Source: a virus. From it: a stretch of 62,535 nucleotides of DNA. How positions within the stretch are numbered: position 1 is the stretch's first letter; the number at the start of each line of letters is the position of its first letter. The position numbers and the translations under genes are program-made. The notes below the pieces were generated by a model. It worked only from the letters and a program-made list of their open reading frames with translations, ran no database searches and was not told where the DNA came from. The stretch lies in IMG/VR virus record IMGVR_UViG_3300009508_000004; one strand, 5' to 3'. Of the stretch, positions 23,250 to 33,183 are shown in pieces.

Positions 23250-23561
23250 TTATTTGTTTTTAAGTCTATCGTTTTCTTTTTCTAAGAACTCAACCTTAAC
23301 GCGTAATGCAGAAACCTCTTGAGTAAGTAGCAACACTTGACTACGCAGTTCATCCTTTTCGTCTGCTGACCTTGCTAACAGAGCTTCCATATTTCTTACC
23401 CTGTCCTTCAAGTCATCTCGGTACTGCACGCCGTCATTGTTTTCTAGTTGTGATTTCTTTTCTTCTGCTTTTACTTTGAGCCTTGCTTCAAAGAATTTCC
23501 ATATACCTGCTGAACCAGCTACAGTGGCAACCGTAATTATTATTTGTGTAATGTTATCCAT
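23250..23561 (-). CDS. N-terminal TM plus coiled-coil protein (103 aa); lysis accessory (spanin/holin-regulator-like) candidate
   Basis: ITQIIITVATVAGSAGIWKFF followed by a heptad coiled coil. Lies in the lysis cassette. Confidence 0.45.
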   Translation of the reverse strand: MDNITQIIITVATVAGSAGIWKFFEARLKVKAEEKKSQLENNDGVQYRDDLKDRVRNMEALLARSADEKDELRSQVLLLTQEVSALRVKVEFLEKENDRLKNK

Positions 23562-23919
23562 TGCGATGTAGTTGTTCTGTTTTTAATCTTTTTAAATTGC
23601 CAAAAGAAGATAATACAAAAATGATCCAACCGTAATGAGTTGGAGTTGGTAAACCTATTGTCATGATATACATTGCAAGGCTAGTAGAGTATAAACCAAA
23701 TGTCAACATTGCTGCTCTTACCCTACAGTCAAGTTCCCCTTTAGCAATGCAATACAATTGATAAAATCCTGCTCCAACCAGTAGCATTTGATAAATAGGC
23801 ATAAAGCCTAACTCAATAAATGTTGCTATAGGAGCGAGTATCATTAACGCGGCACCAAGAGTAATCTCTGTTGGCTGACTATCGCTGTATCTCCAAAGTT
23901 GTTGTAATTTCTTAAGCAC
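23554..23919 (-). CDS. Multi-pass membrane protein (121 aa), holin/antiholin candidate, paralog of 23912..24295
   Basis: The N-terminus LWRYSDSQPTEI matches LFWYSDSEPNEV of its neighbour. About 4 hydrophobic helices. Confidence 0.5.
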   Translation of the reverse strand: MLKKLQQLWRYSDSQPTEITLGAALMILAPIATFIELGFMPIYQMLLVGAGFYQLYCIAKGELDCRVRAAMLTFGLYSTSLAMYIMTIGLPTPTHYGWIIFVLSSFGNLKRLKTEQLHRNG

Positions 23920-24295
23920 CCTTATCTAGTTTTTCTTTATAAACCCTTATAGTATTCCATAAAGCAAACATCATAATAATCATCCAACCTACACGACTAC
24001 CGTTCATTAAACCACTTGCGAATAGATTTTCAACTGTTCCTAGTGCTATTAATGCTGCAACTTGAACTGCAACCAGCCTCATCCGTAAAGTTCCGTTCCA
24101 AAGCACAGCCCACATTTGAAATGATCCAGCAAGAATACCACCACTAATAAGCAGTATAGATGGGTTATCAAAATCAACGCATAAAGCTGCAGGAAGAGCA
24201 AAGATATGGCAGAAAGCAATCAACACCTCGTTTGGTTCAGAGTCTGAGTACCAAAACAGATCCTTTAATTTTGCAAAACCTTTTTTACGCATCAT
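23912..24295 (-). CDS. Multi-pass membrane protein (127 aa), holin/antiholin candidate
   Basis: I place the start at ATG 24295..24293 (MMRKKGFAKLKDLFWYSDSEPNEV...), 1 nt after the amidase stop codon (24297..24299). The longer track ORF overlaps the amidase by 92 nt. Confidence 0.5.
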   Translation of the reverse strand: MMRKKGFAKLKDLFWYSDSEPNEVLIAFCHIFALPAALCVDFDNPSILLISGGILAGSFQMWAVLWNGTLRMRLVAVQVAALIALGTVENLFASGLMNGSRVGWMIIMMFALWNTIRVYKEKLDKGA

Positions 24296-24296
24296 T

Positions 24297-24713
24297 TTAG
24301 AATTTACCAGAATACTCTGCTTGAACATCAAAAGAAGGACATGCTTTACTTGCAAACTCATTGTGCCCGTGAACAGTAACGTTGGCAAAAATATCTGTGA
24401 GTATAAACAACAGGTTATCTAAAGCTGCTTTTTGATTTTTCGTTCTAGTGTCTTTAGGTGTTTTACCGTCTTCTTCGACACCACCTATATAACATATACC
24501 TATACTGCCAGTATTATGCCCCTTAGTGTGAGCCCCGGTTTTTTCAACAGGTCTGCCCGCATGAACAACGCCGTTTAAATCAATAACATAATGATACCCA
24601 ATGTCTGCCCAGCCTCTTTTTAAATGCCAATCTCTAATGGTATCTACACTTATATCTTGCCCCTCTCTTGTAGCGGAGCAGTGTATTATAATTTTTTTTA
24701 TAGTACGATTCAT
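24297..24713 (-). CDS. N-acetylmuramoyl-L-alanine amidase (Amidase_2/PGRP, T7 lysozyme-like) endolysin (138 aa)
   Basis: IIIHCSAT...WHLKRGWADIGYHYVID..G.....R......GAHTKGHN..SIGICYIGG...HGHNEF...KACPSFD. Confidence 0.9.
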   Translation of the reverse strand: MNRTIKKIIIHCSATREGQDISVDTIRDWHLKRGWADIGYHYVIDLNGVVHAGRPVEKTGAHTKGHNTGSIGICYIGGVEEDGKTPKDTRTKNQKAALDNLLFILTDIFANVTVHGHNEFASKACPSFDVQAEYSGKF

Positions 24714-24750
24714 TATTTTATTATTACACGATTTTTTTGTTATTTATTTT

Positions 24751-27700
24751 TTATTTAGGCCTACGTTCAGGATATCTGATATAGTAATTCTCAAGAGCCT
24801 TATCTATTTTTTCTGATTCTTTCTTTTTTGCATTTGTAGCCCGAGTTTCTTTAGCTTTAACTTTACCTTCCTCTTTTCGTTTTGCTTTAGCTTCAGTCTT
24901 AATAAGATCGTGCTCTTCATTTTTAGCGCCTACGTCCCAAGTCTTCCAGCCAAGTGCTAATGCTATACGTTGCCAAGTTGTGTTGCGAGAATCGAGTGCT
25001 TCGACTATTGAGTTAAGCTCATCAACAATACGATCAAGCGGTACATTTCCGAGTGCAGATGAAAGGTTACCTATAATAGAATAAGCTGGACTTAAATTTA
25101 ACTTACCGTCAGCCATAACATCAAAACCTCTGGCTGCTAAAGTATCTCTTTCAAACTTTTTGGTTTGAATAGCTGAATAAAGTTTTCTAGCTTTTGAACC
25201 AATAGGTGGAGACAAACTTAACGCTTGTAGTATAGTGTAGGTGTGGTCGGACATAAATCCTTTTTCTTCTTGTTTAAAATACTCTGTAATAGTATTTTTA
25301 AGCGTTGCAATTACTGCGCCTCTAACCCCGCTACCTTTTAAAACAGAATCTGTCATGCTATTAATAATACGCAAGGTTCTTTGGTCATTTTTACGTTCAA
25401 GCTTTTCTAGCTCTTTTTCTGTCATTTCAGACTCGTCTTCTTCGTCAAATCCAGGTATGATAGCAAACAATGCGCTTTGTAATGCAGAGAATATAAAGTT
25501 CTGCACTGCACCATAATAAATAATCTTAGATATATGTGTTTTAGCATCGCCTCTACCATTAGCAAGATCTTTCATCGCTTTTTTCATCAATCGAGTATAC
25601 TGCATCGGAGTATTCTGGAATGCTAATACAAGACGACCTAAAGGACTACGTTGCTCTTGAGAAACCAAATATGGGTCAGAAGATTGCTGTGCTTCGTCCG
25701 CGGTTTTGCTAAAGTCTTCAAATGCTTGCTTTTCTGCGGCCGCCTGCTCCATACCTTCTTTAACGTAAGTATTTACGCGATTTCTATAAAACGACGCACC
25801 CCCAGCTGCAATAGCAAAACTATCCGCAATTTGAGTAGGTGTAAAACCAATTTTTAGCAAGTAAGCAATCACAGCACCCGCTCTATTTTTTGCACCTTTT
25901 GCTTCATTAGCAATTTCCGCCTGGTTTACATCTGTTTGTAATCCCGATCTACGTTCTTTTAACTTGTCAGAATTAAATATCATTGCAAAGTCAGACCAAT
26001 ATTGAGGTTGATTTGCAAAGGCCGCCGCAACTTTTAAAGGATTGTTGTCTGACCAGTTTATAAAGTTAGCGGTTGAAAGAGTTTGTAATATTGCAGACCG
26101 ACGGTTAAAGAACATAATAGCACCAGTAGAGTTGTTCACCCAGTTATACCAAGCATTCACCTGTGCATTATCACTGCCTGTTGTGCGGTTAGTACCGTTA
26201 GTCATTGCAAATAAAGCATCTTTTATAGCTTCTTTATGTCGCGTTCCGTAAACGGCTTCTATTTTGTTTAAGTTTTCAGCACTAAATATTGCTTCAGAGT
26301 TTTCAATAAATTCTTGTAAATATTTCTTTCTACCAACTTTTTCAGTCATTCCGTTCAAATCGGAAACTAAAGTGCGAGATAACCAATGCTCACCCGGCTC
26401 CATCCATGTATCTTGTCTAGATATAAGCTGCATCGCATTACCCATTTCAATAAACTGTGGCATTGCATTAATAGCGTTGATCAAAAATCTAATGTCGTTT
26501 TTATCCATTCCCGGTATATCTATACCTTGCTGGGTCCACATGTACACCCTTAATGCATGGTCATAAGTGTAATCGCTATTTGCAATTTTCTTACCTAGCA
26601 TTTTAAACAACTTTTTATCTGCCTTTCTTAAGGCATTAAGTTCGCGACGAATCTGCTGCTTTACAGCTTCAATCATTGCAATACCCCTAGTATAAGGAGT
26701 TATTATATTATCTTCAATAAACTTTTGATCAGCTTCCCCTTGCTTCCCTTTTCCTGCAAAGGTGTATGAGGTTAAGCCTCTAAAGTCTTCAGCTGATGCC
26801 GGCACAAACAAGCGGTATTTACCTTTTCTCTCACCCATCATACGAGCTTGAGCTTTTGAATAAATCTTGTCAGCAGCCACTCCTTTAGTCCGCTCAATCA
26901 TTCCGTTAAGCTCTTCACTTAGCCCTTGGCTAAACTTAGCGCCGGATGCTTCCAGCCCAGTAGTTACTTGATTTACAAATGCTTCAGGTAAAGCTTCACC
27001 GTAAGAAAGATTGTCAGTATTAATCTCGTAAAAGCGACCTGCATAGTCTTCCTTATACTGCTTAGCGCTTTCTTGTACGCTATCCCAAGTTTTGGTTACT
27101 ATAAAGTCAGCTAATGATCTTTCTGTTCTACTTTTATTTCTGTCAACAGCTACATTTTTACTAGTTTTAACATGCACCATATGTATTTCAAACCCTGCAT
27201 CTTCTAAAGCTTTCATTTTTTTCGTTGTAGCTTTATATGATGCGCCGGTGCCATCGACTACCATACTTTCTTTTGCGGCAGTATTCCTAGCTAAATCTTC
27301 TTCAGCGGCTTTTCTAGCTTTCCAACCTAGCTTAGCCCGTAAAGAACGCTGCTCCTTGTCATAAGTTTTTTCGTCGGTTGGTAGCCCGGCCTCTTTAATG
27401 TATCCTTCTAAGTAAGGGTCTTGGTTAACTAATCTGTATCCTTTATCAGTTAAGCCTAAACCTTTTAAAACGCTGGATTTTCCCGCACCAGGAGCCCCGA
27501 CCATAAACACGGCAATTGGAACGCTTGATGAATTTTTAACAGACTGGTTTAATAAATCTTTAGCTCTTTGAGCATTTTCGTAGTTAATGTCAATTTGCTG
27601 CTCATATATTGCTCGCTGCTGTTCATTATTAATATGATCCTCAAGCGTTTGCAGTTTATTATTTTCGCTTACGAAAGCAACAATATTTTTTCTATCCGCT

Positions 27701-30700
27701 TTAGCCAAGGTAATTGCTCTTAAAATACCTATTGGATTTGAAGTACCTGTGGTATCAACAAAATCAGTAACTTTTTGATCTGTAGCCCACAATGTATTTT
27801 TTTGAAATAACTTATTTAGCTCTTGAGTAACTTTTAATGTTATAATATTAGGATCAATATTTGACGCAATCCTAGCATTTCTAGCCTCAATAGCAATTTT
27901 AATAATATCAAAAGATAACTGAACATTGGGATAAACGTGCTCAATTTTTGGTGTACCCTCTATATTTAAAGAAGCATATATTAATTGACCAAATGCCCTG
28001 AACCCCTTAGTTTGTGATTTATTTTGCTTTTGCAAGATCCTTAAAAGTGTGACGGGAGATACTAGTTCATACTGAACCGCTAAAACCATTCTTTCAGCTA
28101 TAGCAGTTACTAATGCTTTATTTGCAATGTTGGTACGCTGCACAATGCTTAGCCTCATTTTAAATACCTCTTCGCCTTCTAAATTTTTTGGTATTCCTTT
28201 TTTACTTTTTTGATAAACACGAATTGATTCTGCTATAGATGATGCTTCTGAATGATAAGGACTAGCATCTTCAATAATATTAGTAATTGTGCTTCCTATC
28301 TTGCTTTCATTAATTTCTTTTCGTAAATTAATTATTTGATCTTTAGTGCTACTAAAAAATTCTACTCCTCCAAATTTTTTAATTTCTTCAGCATTAAATA
28401 AAGAAACAAGAGATAACGTTTCCGTATTGTGGGCTTGTAGTTCAAGTATGGCATCGGCATCACCACTTTCAGCTTTTTTTACAAGCGTTTCTATAGAAGT
28501 ATATTTAAGTTCGCCGTCAAAAAGGTCTGATTCTGTAATTAAACGTGCAATTTGAGGCCCGCTAGAATATTCATCAAGCAGCCCCGCATCTTCAGCTTTA
28601 GAAAGAGTATAAAATAATTTTGAAAAATCAACATTTGATATATCAACTATTTTAGTTGTTTTAGTTTTCTTTTTTAAAGCATCTTTTTGTAAATATTCAA
28701 TTACTTCTGGCTTAAAATTGCCCTTATTGTTGGGGTCTTCTAACGCGGACATAGCTTTTGCATCGTCTTGACCGCTCCAATACTTAACACCAACACGCAA
28801 AGCTTTAATTACATCTTCTTGACGTGTTTCTTCTATTGTAAAGCTATTAGAAGCTTTAACATTACCGCGCTCAGAATCAAGAGCTAACTTAGTAGCAAAA
28901 TCATTTATTTGCTCTACACCTAATCTTTCTTGGTTAGCTTCTAAAGCCTGGCGTATTTTGCTATCCGGATCTTGCATTTCACGGTTAACAATTTCAATAG
29001 CCATTTCTTCGCCAATAGCTTTGGCAAGAGACTCTTTTTTACCACGTAATGGATTACCTTTTTCGTCAAGAATAAATGACAAGAATGTTTTGTCATCTAT
29101 TTTTAATGAAGCTTGAGGTAGTCTTCTTGCTATTTCAGCTCCTGATGTTCTACCTGCTTTATCCGTATTTGTAGTTTCGCGATCAATTTTTTTACCTTTC
29201 CAATCGCTTGTAAATACGCCATTAACTTTCTTTTGAATGGCAGCGGGAAAAGCTGTCATCAAATAAGTAGTGGTCATGTTTTCAAGAATAGCTTTTTTGT
29301 TAGCTACTAAAAATTTTCTTAGCACCCCGTCTTTCTTGCCACCCATTGCTTTTTTCAAATCAATGTCCACCTGCTTACCCAATGCTAAACGTAATTCGTT
29401 CATTAAAGGTGTAACAGTTGTGTTTTTTGAAATCGGTGCGTCAATACGATTTTTAAGTGTGCCTACAACTCTTGGTATTTTTTCCATTAAAGCCTCAACC
29501 AACTCTGGCGTAGCCATACGACTATCTAATAAAGGGCGATACGTGGCTCTTTCGGCTTCCACACGCTCTTCTACTTGTTCTATAGTGGTAACATCAGCCG
29601 CAGCTCCTTTAAGGTCCTCTACGTCGCTCTGGTTAAAATCGTCAACAATATCGTTTTTCCCCTCACCAGAAGCCTTAAGCATGTCTTTAATGCGGAAACT
29701 AATACGACCATTTATATAACCATACAGCGTACCTCTACCGTCAAACTTGTTTATGTCTTGGTTGTAGTATATTCTGGCAATAATATCGTACTTAGCTTCT
29801 TCCGCATCAAACTTTAATCCTTTTATAGATAGCTTAGCCAACTGCGCCTGAACCATGCCATCAATTACTTTTGCAATTAAAGGAGAGTTAGGATCAAAGA
29901 ATTCCATATTGGAACTTACTTTTTCTAAAACCTGCTTTGCACGTTCTGCTTCTTTAGATATAGACTGTGAGTCTTTTTTGCTTTTTCTTTCTTCATTTTG
30001 AAATGCTCTAGCAAAATTTCTAATAAGCTTAGCAGTTTTCTTTGACTTATTTTTATTAGCGTAATTGGCTATAAATGCAAATGTTTGTTCGCCGTCCTGT
30101 ATTTTAATTGAAGTTTTGTCTCCCCGAACAAGGTTGTTTACAAATACGTTGATTTGTGATAAAGACTTTAGCCCTATTTCGTTGCCTTCCGCAATGTAAT
30201 CAGAAAGCACATTCATTGTTTCCTCGTAATATGCGTCAGCTTTTACACCATCTCTAGTGTAAGCTAAATCAAGCCTAGCTTTAACGTAAGAATGAGTTTC
30301 GGGTGCATTTTTTTGTAGCCAACCTAATAATTCTTCTCCCGCAGCGTTTGCGTCTTTGTTACTACCAAGTTTGTCTTGAACAATAGCGTGAAGTGCTTCA
30401 TGCGCCCATACTCCTGTACGACCGTTTGCCGCAGCAACATCCATATTAACTACAATTGTTTTACCATCAGCGCTAATAAATGCATCCCCATCTTTGTTAC
30501 CGCCACGCTTTATAAATTCAGCCTCATTAGCTTCTATAAGTTCAACTTCTAATCCGCTTGCTTTTAAAAGTTCGTCTGCAGTAATCTTATTTTCGCTAAT
30601 AAGATTTTTGGTTTTTTCAATATGAAAAGACTTTCCAGCTTCTAATCTTATTTCTTCACTAGTAGCATTTTCCCCAAGGTTTTCTTTTGCTTGTGATAAG

Positions 30701-33183
30701 TACTTGCTTCGTGCCGAATTTTTTAGTCTATTAAATTCTCTAAAGCTTTCAGATTGTTTTCTAGCGTTCTGTAAATAAAGCATAGACGCGTAACCTGCTG
30801 ACGCATCCATCGATGCCTTTAAAGAAGCGTTGTAAGCTTTAGCCTCTTTTGTATTAGTCTCATATGAAAGCAATGCTTCCCGCTTATCTGCAAGTTTATC
30901 AAACTTAGCTCTTAATGTTTTTTCTGCCGCAACTAATTCGGCACCAGCCACACCTGATTGAGCAATTTTTGTAAACCTTTCGTTTATCTGCTGCATTTCT
31001 AAAGAAATACGGCCAACCTCTATTACAACGTCATTAGATAAATCGTTACCCAATCTGTTTGCAATACCTGATTTTAACAATTCAATTTCACCAATTACTT
31101 CAGTAGCTAGCTTTTTTACTTCTGGGGATAGCCCTTCTAAATCAGTATTAGGATCTAATACGTTCTGTAAGTTGTCTATACCAGTTAACTCTTCTAATTG
31201 ATTAAGCTTAGCTTGGATATCTGCACGAGTGTTTTTATCCATAAGAGTACTTACCGCATACTCGTAAACCGCAGGGGCTACACTTTTTAAAGATAAAGGA
31301 CCGCCTATAAGAGCACCACCCGCATAAGCTTCACCTAATCCTTCGAATAAGTTAACTTGTTCGCCCATAAAGGCCCATTTTCCAAAATTGTTAGAAATTT
31401 GGGTTGCACCCTCTGACATACCTTCTTGGTTAGAAGCTTTTGCAAATTTTATTCCCGCTCCAGTTAAGCTTGTCGGGTTAATGGCTTTTGACGCATTTTT
31501 AAGAATAGCCATAGTACCAAGTCTTTCAAAAAGCACTTCGGACATACCGGCCCACGCTGATGTTGTAATCTTTCTCCACTGGGGCAAATTTGCTATTTTA
31601 GCATCTTCCTCCATTAAAGTTTCAATCTCTGAAATTTCTTCAGGAGACATGTTAACCCTTTGATTCTCTAATATCTCAGCATTTGTAGCTAACCTTTTTG
31701 TAGCTTCATACTGGTTCATCATTATTTCACTAGATGTACCACCATAGCCACTAAGAAAGAATAAAGGCATTGCTGCTGGTCCGGCAAAGGCCATAGATAA
31801 AGAAGGTATCGCTCCGATCGCTGTGCTACCTACCCAATCAAATAAGTCATCTAAGTCTTCTACTTGCTCTAAAGTAGGTGCTGTAGCAAATAACTGACTT
31901 TCTTTTTGGCCTCTTTCAATTAGGGGCAACCACGCTGCATCTAGCTCGTCCATTACCTCATCATCAGCAAATTCTACTCCTTTGGCTACACCTGTACCTA
32001 AAAGTGTAATTAACTGTGCACCGGCATAACCTAAATCTACAGCAGTTCTTTTAAAGTCTACGCCTAGCTTATTAAGCAAGCTATAGTCTTTATTAAAGTT
32101 ATCTACTGCAATCATTAAATCATCAGTATCTGATATAGTTTCAATAAATGAGGCTACCTCAGATCTTTGATTTTGTAGTGAAAGGATTTCTTCTTGTAAA
32201 TTAAATAAATCCTGCTGATTAGTAGGATTGTTTTTAAATTCTTCTATTCTATAAGCAAGATCGTTTTCAGCCATTTGAATTTGGCCAATCTCATTTTCTA
32301 TGTTATTAGCTCTATAAGCTAAATCCACTTTTTCTTTTGAAAGTACAGCCGCCACAGACTCTTTTACGTCGTCTGGAAGGTTATCAATATATTTTTGTCC
32401 GCTTCTTATCTTATTATTAAATATCAGCTCTTCTCTAAACGACTTGATCTGATCTTCTGTAGTATTAACTACACCGGTTTCTTTCCAGTTTAAATACTCA
32501 TCGAGCTCTTCTGGCGTTTCAAAATCTTTTGCCTCAAGAGTTCTTTTTTGGTTGGCCACAAACATACTGCTACCATCCATTCTAGGGGTAGATATAGTTT
32601 CCGCTTTATTCCAACTATTTATTTTTGAATCTACATAAATGTCATTAGCTTCGCTAAGACCAACTTCTTTTTCAGCAGTAGCTTCATAGTATTTATTAAT
32701 AACATCTTGGTTTTCTGCTTTAATTTTATCAGCGTAGCCAAGGTCACCTTGCTCTAAAATAAACGTGTTTAATTGCTCAAGCGCTTTTTGTTTATCCTTT
32801 AATTTTGCCGAAGTTCTAACACGATGCCCTTGCCCATCTATAGATTGGCTTTGCAACATAATAGTATTTCCCCAGCCAGTTTGGTCGGTTCTAATGCCTA
32901 GCGCTTGCATTTTATCTTTTATGCGTGGCTCTACGTCTTCTTCTTCACCCTCTAAATCTTCAAGTGTTAAAAGATAAGGCTCAAAGTTTGGTGACCCCAA
33001 AGAAATATCGCCCGATCTGGATTCCCCAGCGGACGTTTCTGTATTCTGACTTGTTGGTGGGTCTGTTTCCATCAAGTCGTTCTGCTTTCCCTCAGTATTA
33101 TTTGCTAATAGCTCTTCAACTGTTATGCCATTGCGGTTAGCAATTTCTTGCAATTTTTCAGGGCTAAATTTGTTAAGATCCAT
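24751..33183 (-). CDS. Giant polyvalent virion/internal-core protein (2810 aa) with HExxH metallopeptidase-like and zeta-toxin/AAA_33-like P-loop kinase modules
   Basis: Occupies the position of T7 gp16. Gly/Ala-rich hydrophobic segments at aa ~400-700. WAHEALHAIV at aa 926-935 (nt 30388..30402 encode HEALH). Walker A GAPGAGKS at aa 1896-1903 (nt 27475..27498), followed by LVNQDPY and MVVDGTGAS. Confidence 0.75.
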   Translation of the reverse strand: MDLNKFSPEKLQEIANRNGITVEELLANNTEGKQNDLMETDPPTSQNTETSAGESRSGDISLGSPNFEPYLLTLEDLEGEEEDVEPRIKDKMQALGIRTDQTGWGNTIMLQSQSIDGQGHRVRTSAKLKDKQKALEQLNTFILEQGDLGYADKIKAENQDVINKYYEATAEKEVGLSEANDIYVDSKINSWNKAETISTPRMDGSSMFVANQKRTLEAKDFETPEELDEYLNWKETGVVNTTEDQIKSFREELIFNNKIRSGQKYIDNLPDDVKESVAAVLSKEKVDLAYRANNIENEIGQIQMAENDLAYRIEEFKNNPTNQQDLFNLQEEILSLQNQRSEVASFIETISDTDDLMIAVDNFNKDYSLLNKLGVDFKRTAVDLGYAGAQLITLLGTGVAKGVEFADDEVMDELDAAWLPLIERGQKESQLFATAPTLEQVEDLDDLFDWVGSTAIGAIPSLSMAFAGPAAMPLFFLSGYGGTSSEIMMNQYEATKRLATNAEILENQRVNMSPEEISEIETLMEEDAKIANLPQWRKITTSAWAGMSEVLFERLGTMAILKNASKAINPTSLTGAGIKFAKASNQEGMSEGATQISNNFGKWAFMGEQVNLFEGLGEAYAGGALIGGPLSLKSVAPAVYEYAVSTLMDKNTRADIQAKLNQLEELTGIDNLQNVLDPNTDLEGLSPEVKKLATEVIGEIELLKSGIANRLGNDLSNDVVIEVGRISLEMQQINERFTKIAQSGVAGAELVAAEKTLRAKFDKLADKREALLSYETNTKEAKAYNASLKASMDASAGYASMLYLQNARKQSESFREFNRLKNSARSKYLSQAKENLGENATSEEIRLEAGKSFHIEKTKNLISENKITADELLKASGLEVELIEANEAEFIKRGGNKDGDAFISADGKTIVVNMDVAAANGRTGVWAHEALHAIVQDKLGSNKDANAAGEELLGWLQKNAPETHSYVKARLDLAYTRDGVKADAYYEETMNVLSDYIAEGNEIGLKSLSQINVFVNNLVRGDKTSIKIQDGEQTFAFIANYANKNKSKKTAKLIRNFARAFQNEERKSKKDSQSISKEAERAKQVLEKVSSNMEFFDPNSPLIAKVIDGMVQAQLAKLSIKGLKFDAEEAKYDIIARIYYNQDINKFDGRGTLYGYINGRISFRIKDMLKASGEGKNDIVDDFNQSDVEDLKGAAADVTTIEQVEERVEAERATYRPLLDSRMATPELVEALMEKIPRVVGTLKNRIDAPISKNTTVTPLMNELRLALGKQVDIDLKKAMGGKKDGVLRKFLVANKKAILENMTTTYLMTAFPAAIQKKVNGVFTSDWKGKKIDRETTNTDKAGRTSGAEIARRLPQASLKIDDKTFLSFILDEKGNPLRGKKESLAKAIGEEMAIEIVNREMQDPDSKIRQALEANQERLGVEQINDFATKLALDSERGNVKASNSFTIEETRQEDVIKALRVGVKYWSGQDDAKAMSALEDPNNKGNFKPEVIEYLQKDALKKKTKTTKIVDISNVDFSKLFYTLSKAEDAGLLDEYSSGPQIARLITESDLFDGELKYTSIETLVKKAESGDADAILELQAHNTETLSLVSLFNAEEIKKFGGVEFFSSTKDQIINLRKEINESKIGSTITNIIEDASPYHSEASSIAESIRVYQKSKKGIPKNLEGEEVFKMRLSIVQRTNIANKALVTAIAERMVLAVQYELVSPVTLLRILQKQNKSQTKGFRAFGQLIYASLNIEGTPKIEHVYPNVQLSFDIIKIAIEARNARIASNIDPNIITLKVTQELNKLFQKNTLWATDQKVTDFVDTTGTSNPIGILRAITLAKADRKNIVAFVSENNKLQTLEDHINNEQQRAIYEQQIDINYENAQRAKDLLNQSVKNSSSVPIAVFMVGAPGAGKSSVLKGLGLTDKGYRLVNQDPYLEGYIKEAGLPTDEKTYDKEQRSLRAKLGWKARKAAEEDLARNTAAKESMVVDGTGASYKATTKKMKALEDAGFEIHMVHVKTSKNVAVDRNKSRTERSLADFIVTKTWDSVQESAKQYKEDYAGRFYEINTDNLSYGEALPEAFVNQVTTGLEASGAKFSQGLSEELNGMIERTKGVAADKIYSKAQARMMGERKGKYRLFVPASAEDFRGLTSYTFAGKGKQGEADQKFIEDNIITPYTRGIAMIEAVKQQIRRELNALRKADKKLFKMLGKKIANSDYTYDHALRVYMWTQQGIDIPGMDKNDIRFLINAINAMPQFIEMGNAMQLISRQDTWMEPGEHWLSRTLVSDLNGMTEKVGRKKYLQEFIENSEAIFSAENLNKIEAVYGTRHKEAIKDALFAMTNGTNRTTGSDNAQVNAWYNWVNNSTGAIMFFNRRSAILQTLSTANFINWSDNNPLKVAAAFANQPQYWSDFAMIFNSDKLKERRSGLQTDVNQAEIANEAKGAKNRAGAVIAYLLKIGFTPTQIADSFAIAAGGASFYRNRVNTYVKEGMEQAAAEKQAFEDFSKTADEAQQSSDPYLVSQEQRSPLGRLVLAFQNTPMQYTRLMKKAMKDLANGRGDAKTHISKIIYYGAVQNFIFSALQSALFAIIPGFDEEDESEMTEKELEKLERKNDQRTLRIINSMTDSVLKGSGVRGAVIATLKNTITEYFKQEEKGFMSDHTYTILQALSLSPPIGSKARKLYSAIQTKKFERDTLAARGFDVMADGKLNLSPAYSIIGNLSSALGNVPLDRIVDELNSIVEALDSRNTTWQRIALALGWKTWDVGAKNEEHDLIKTEAKAKRKEEGKVKAKETRATNAKKKESEKIDKALENYYIRYPERRPK

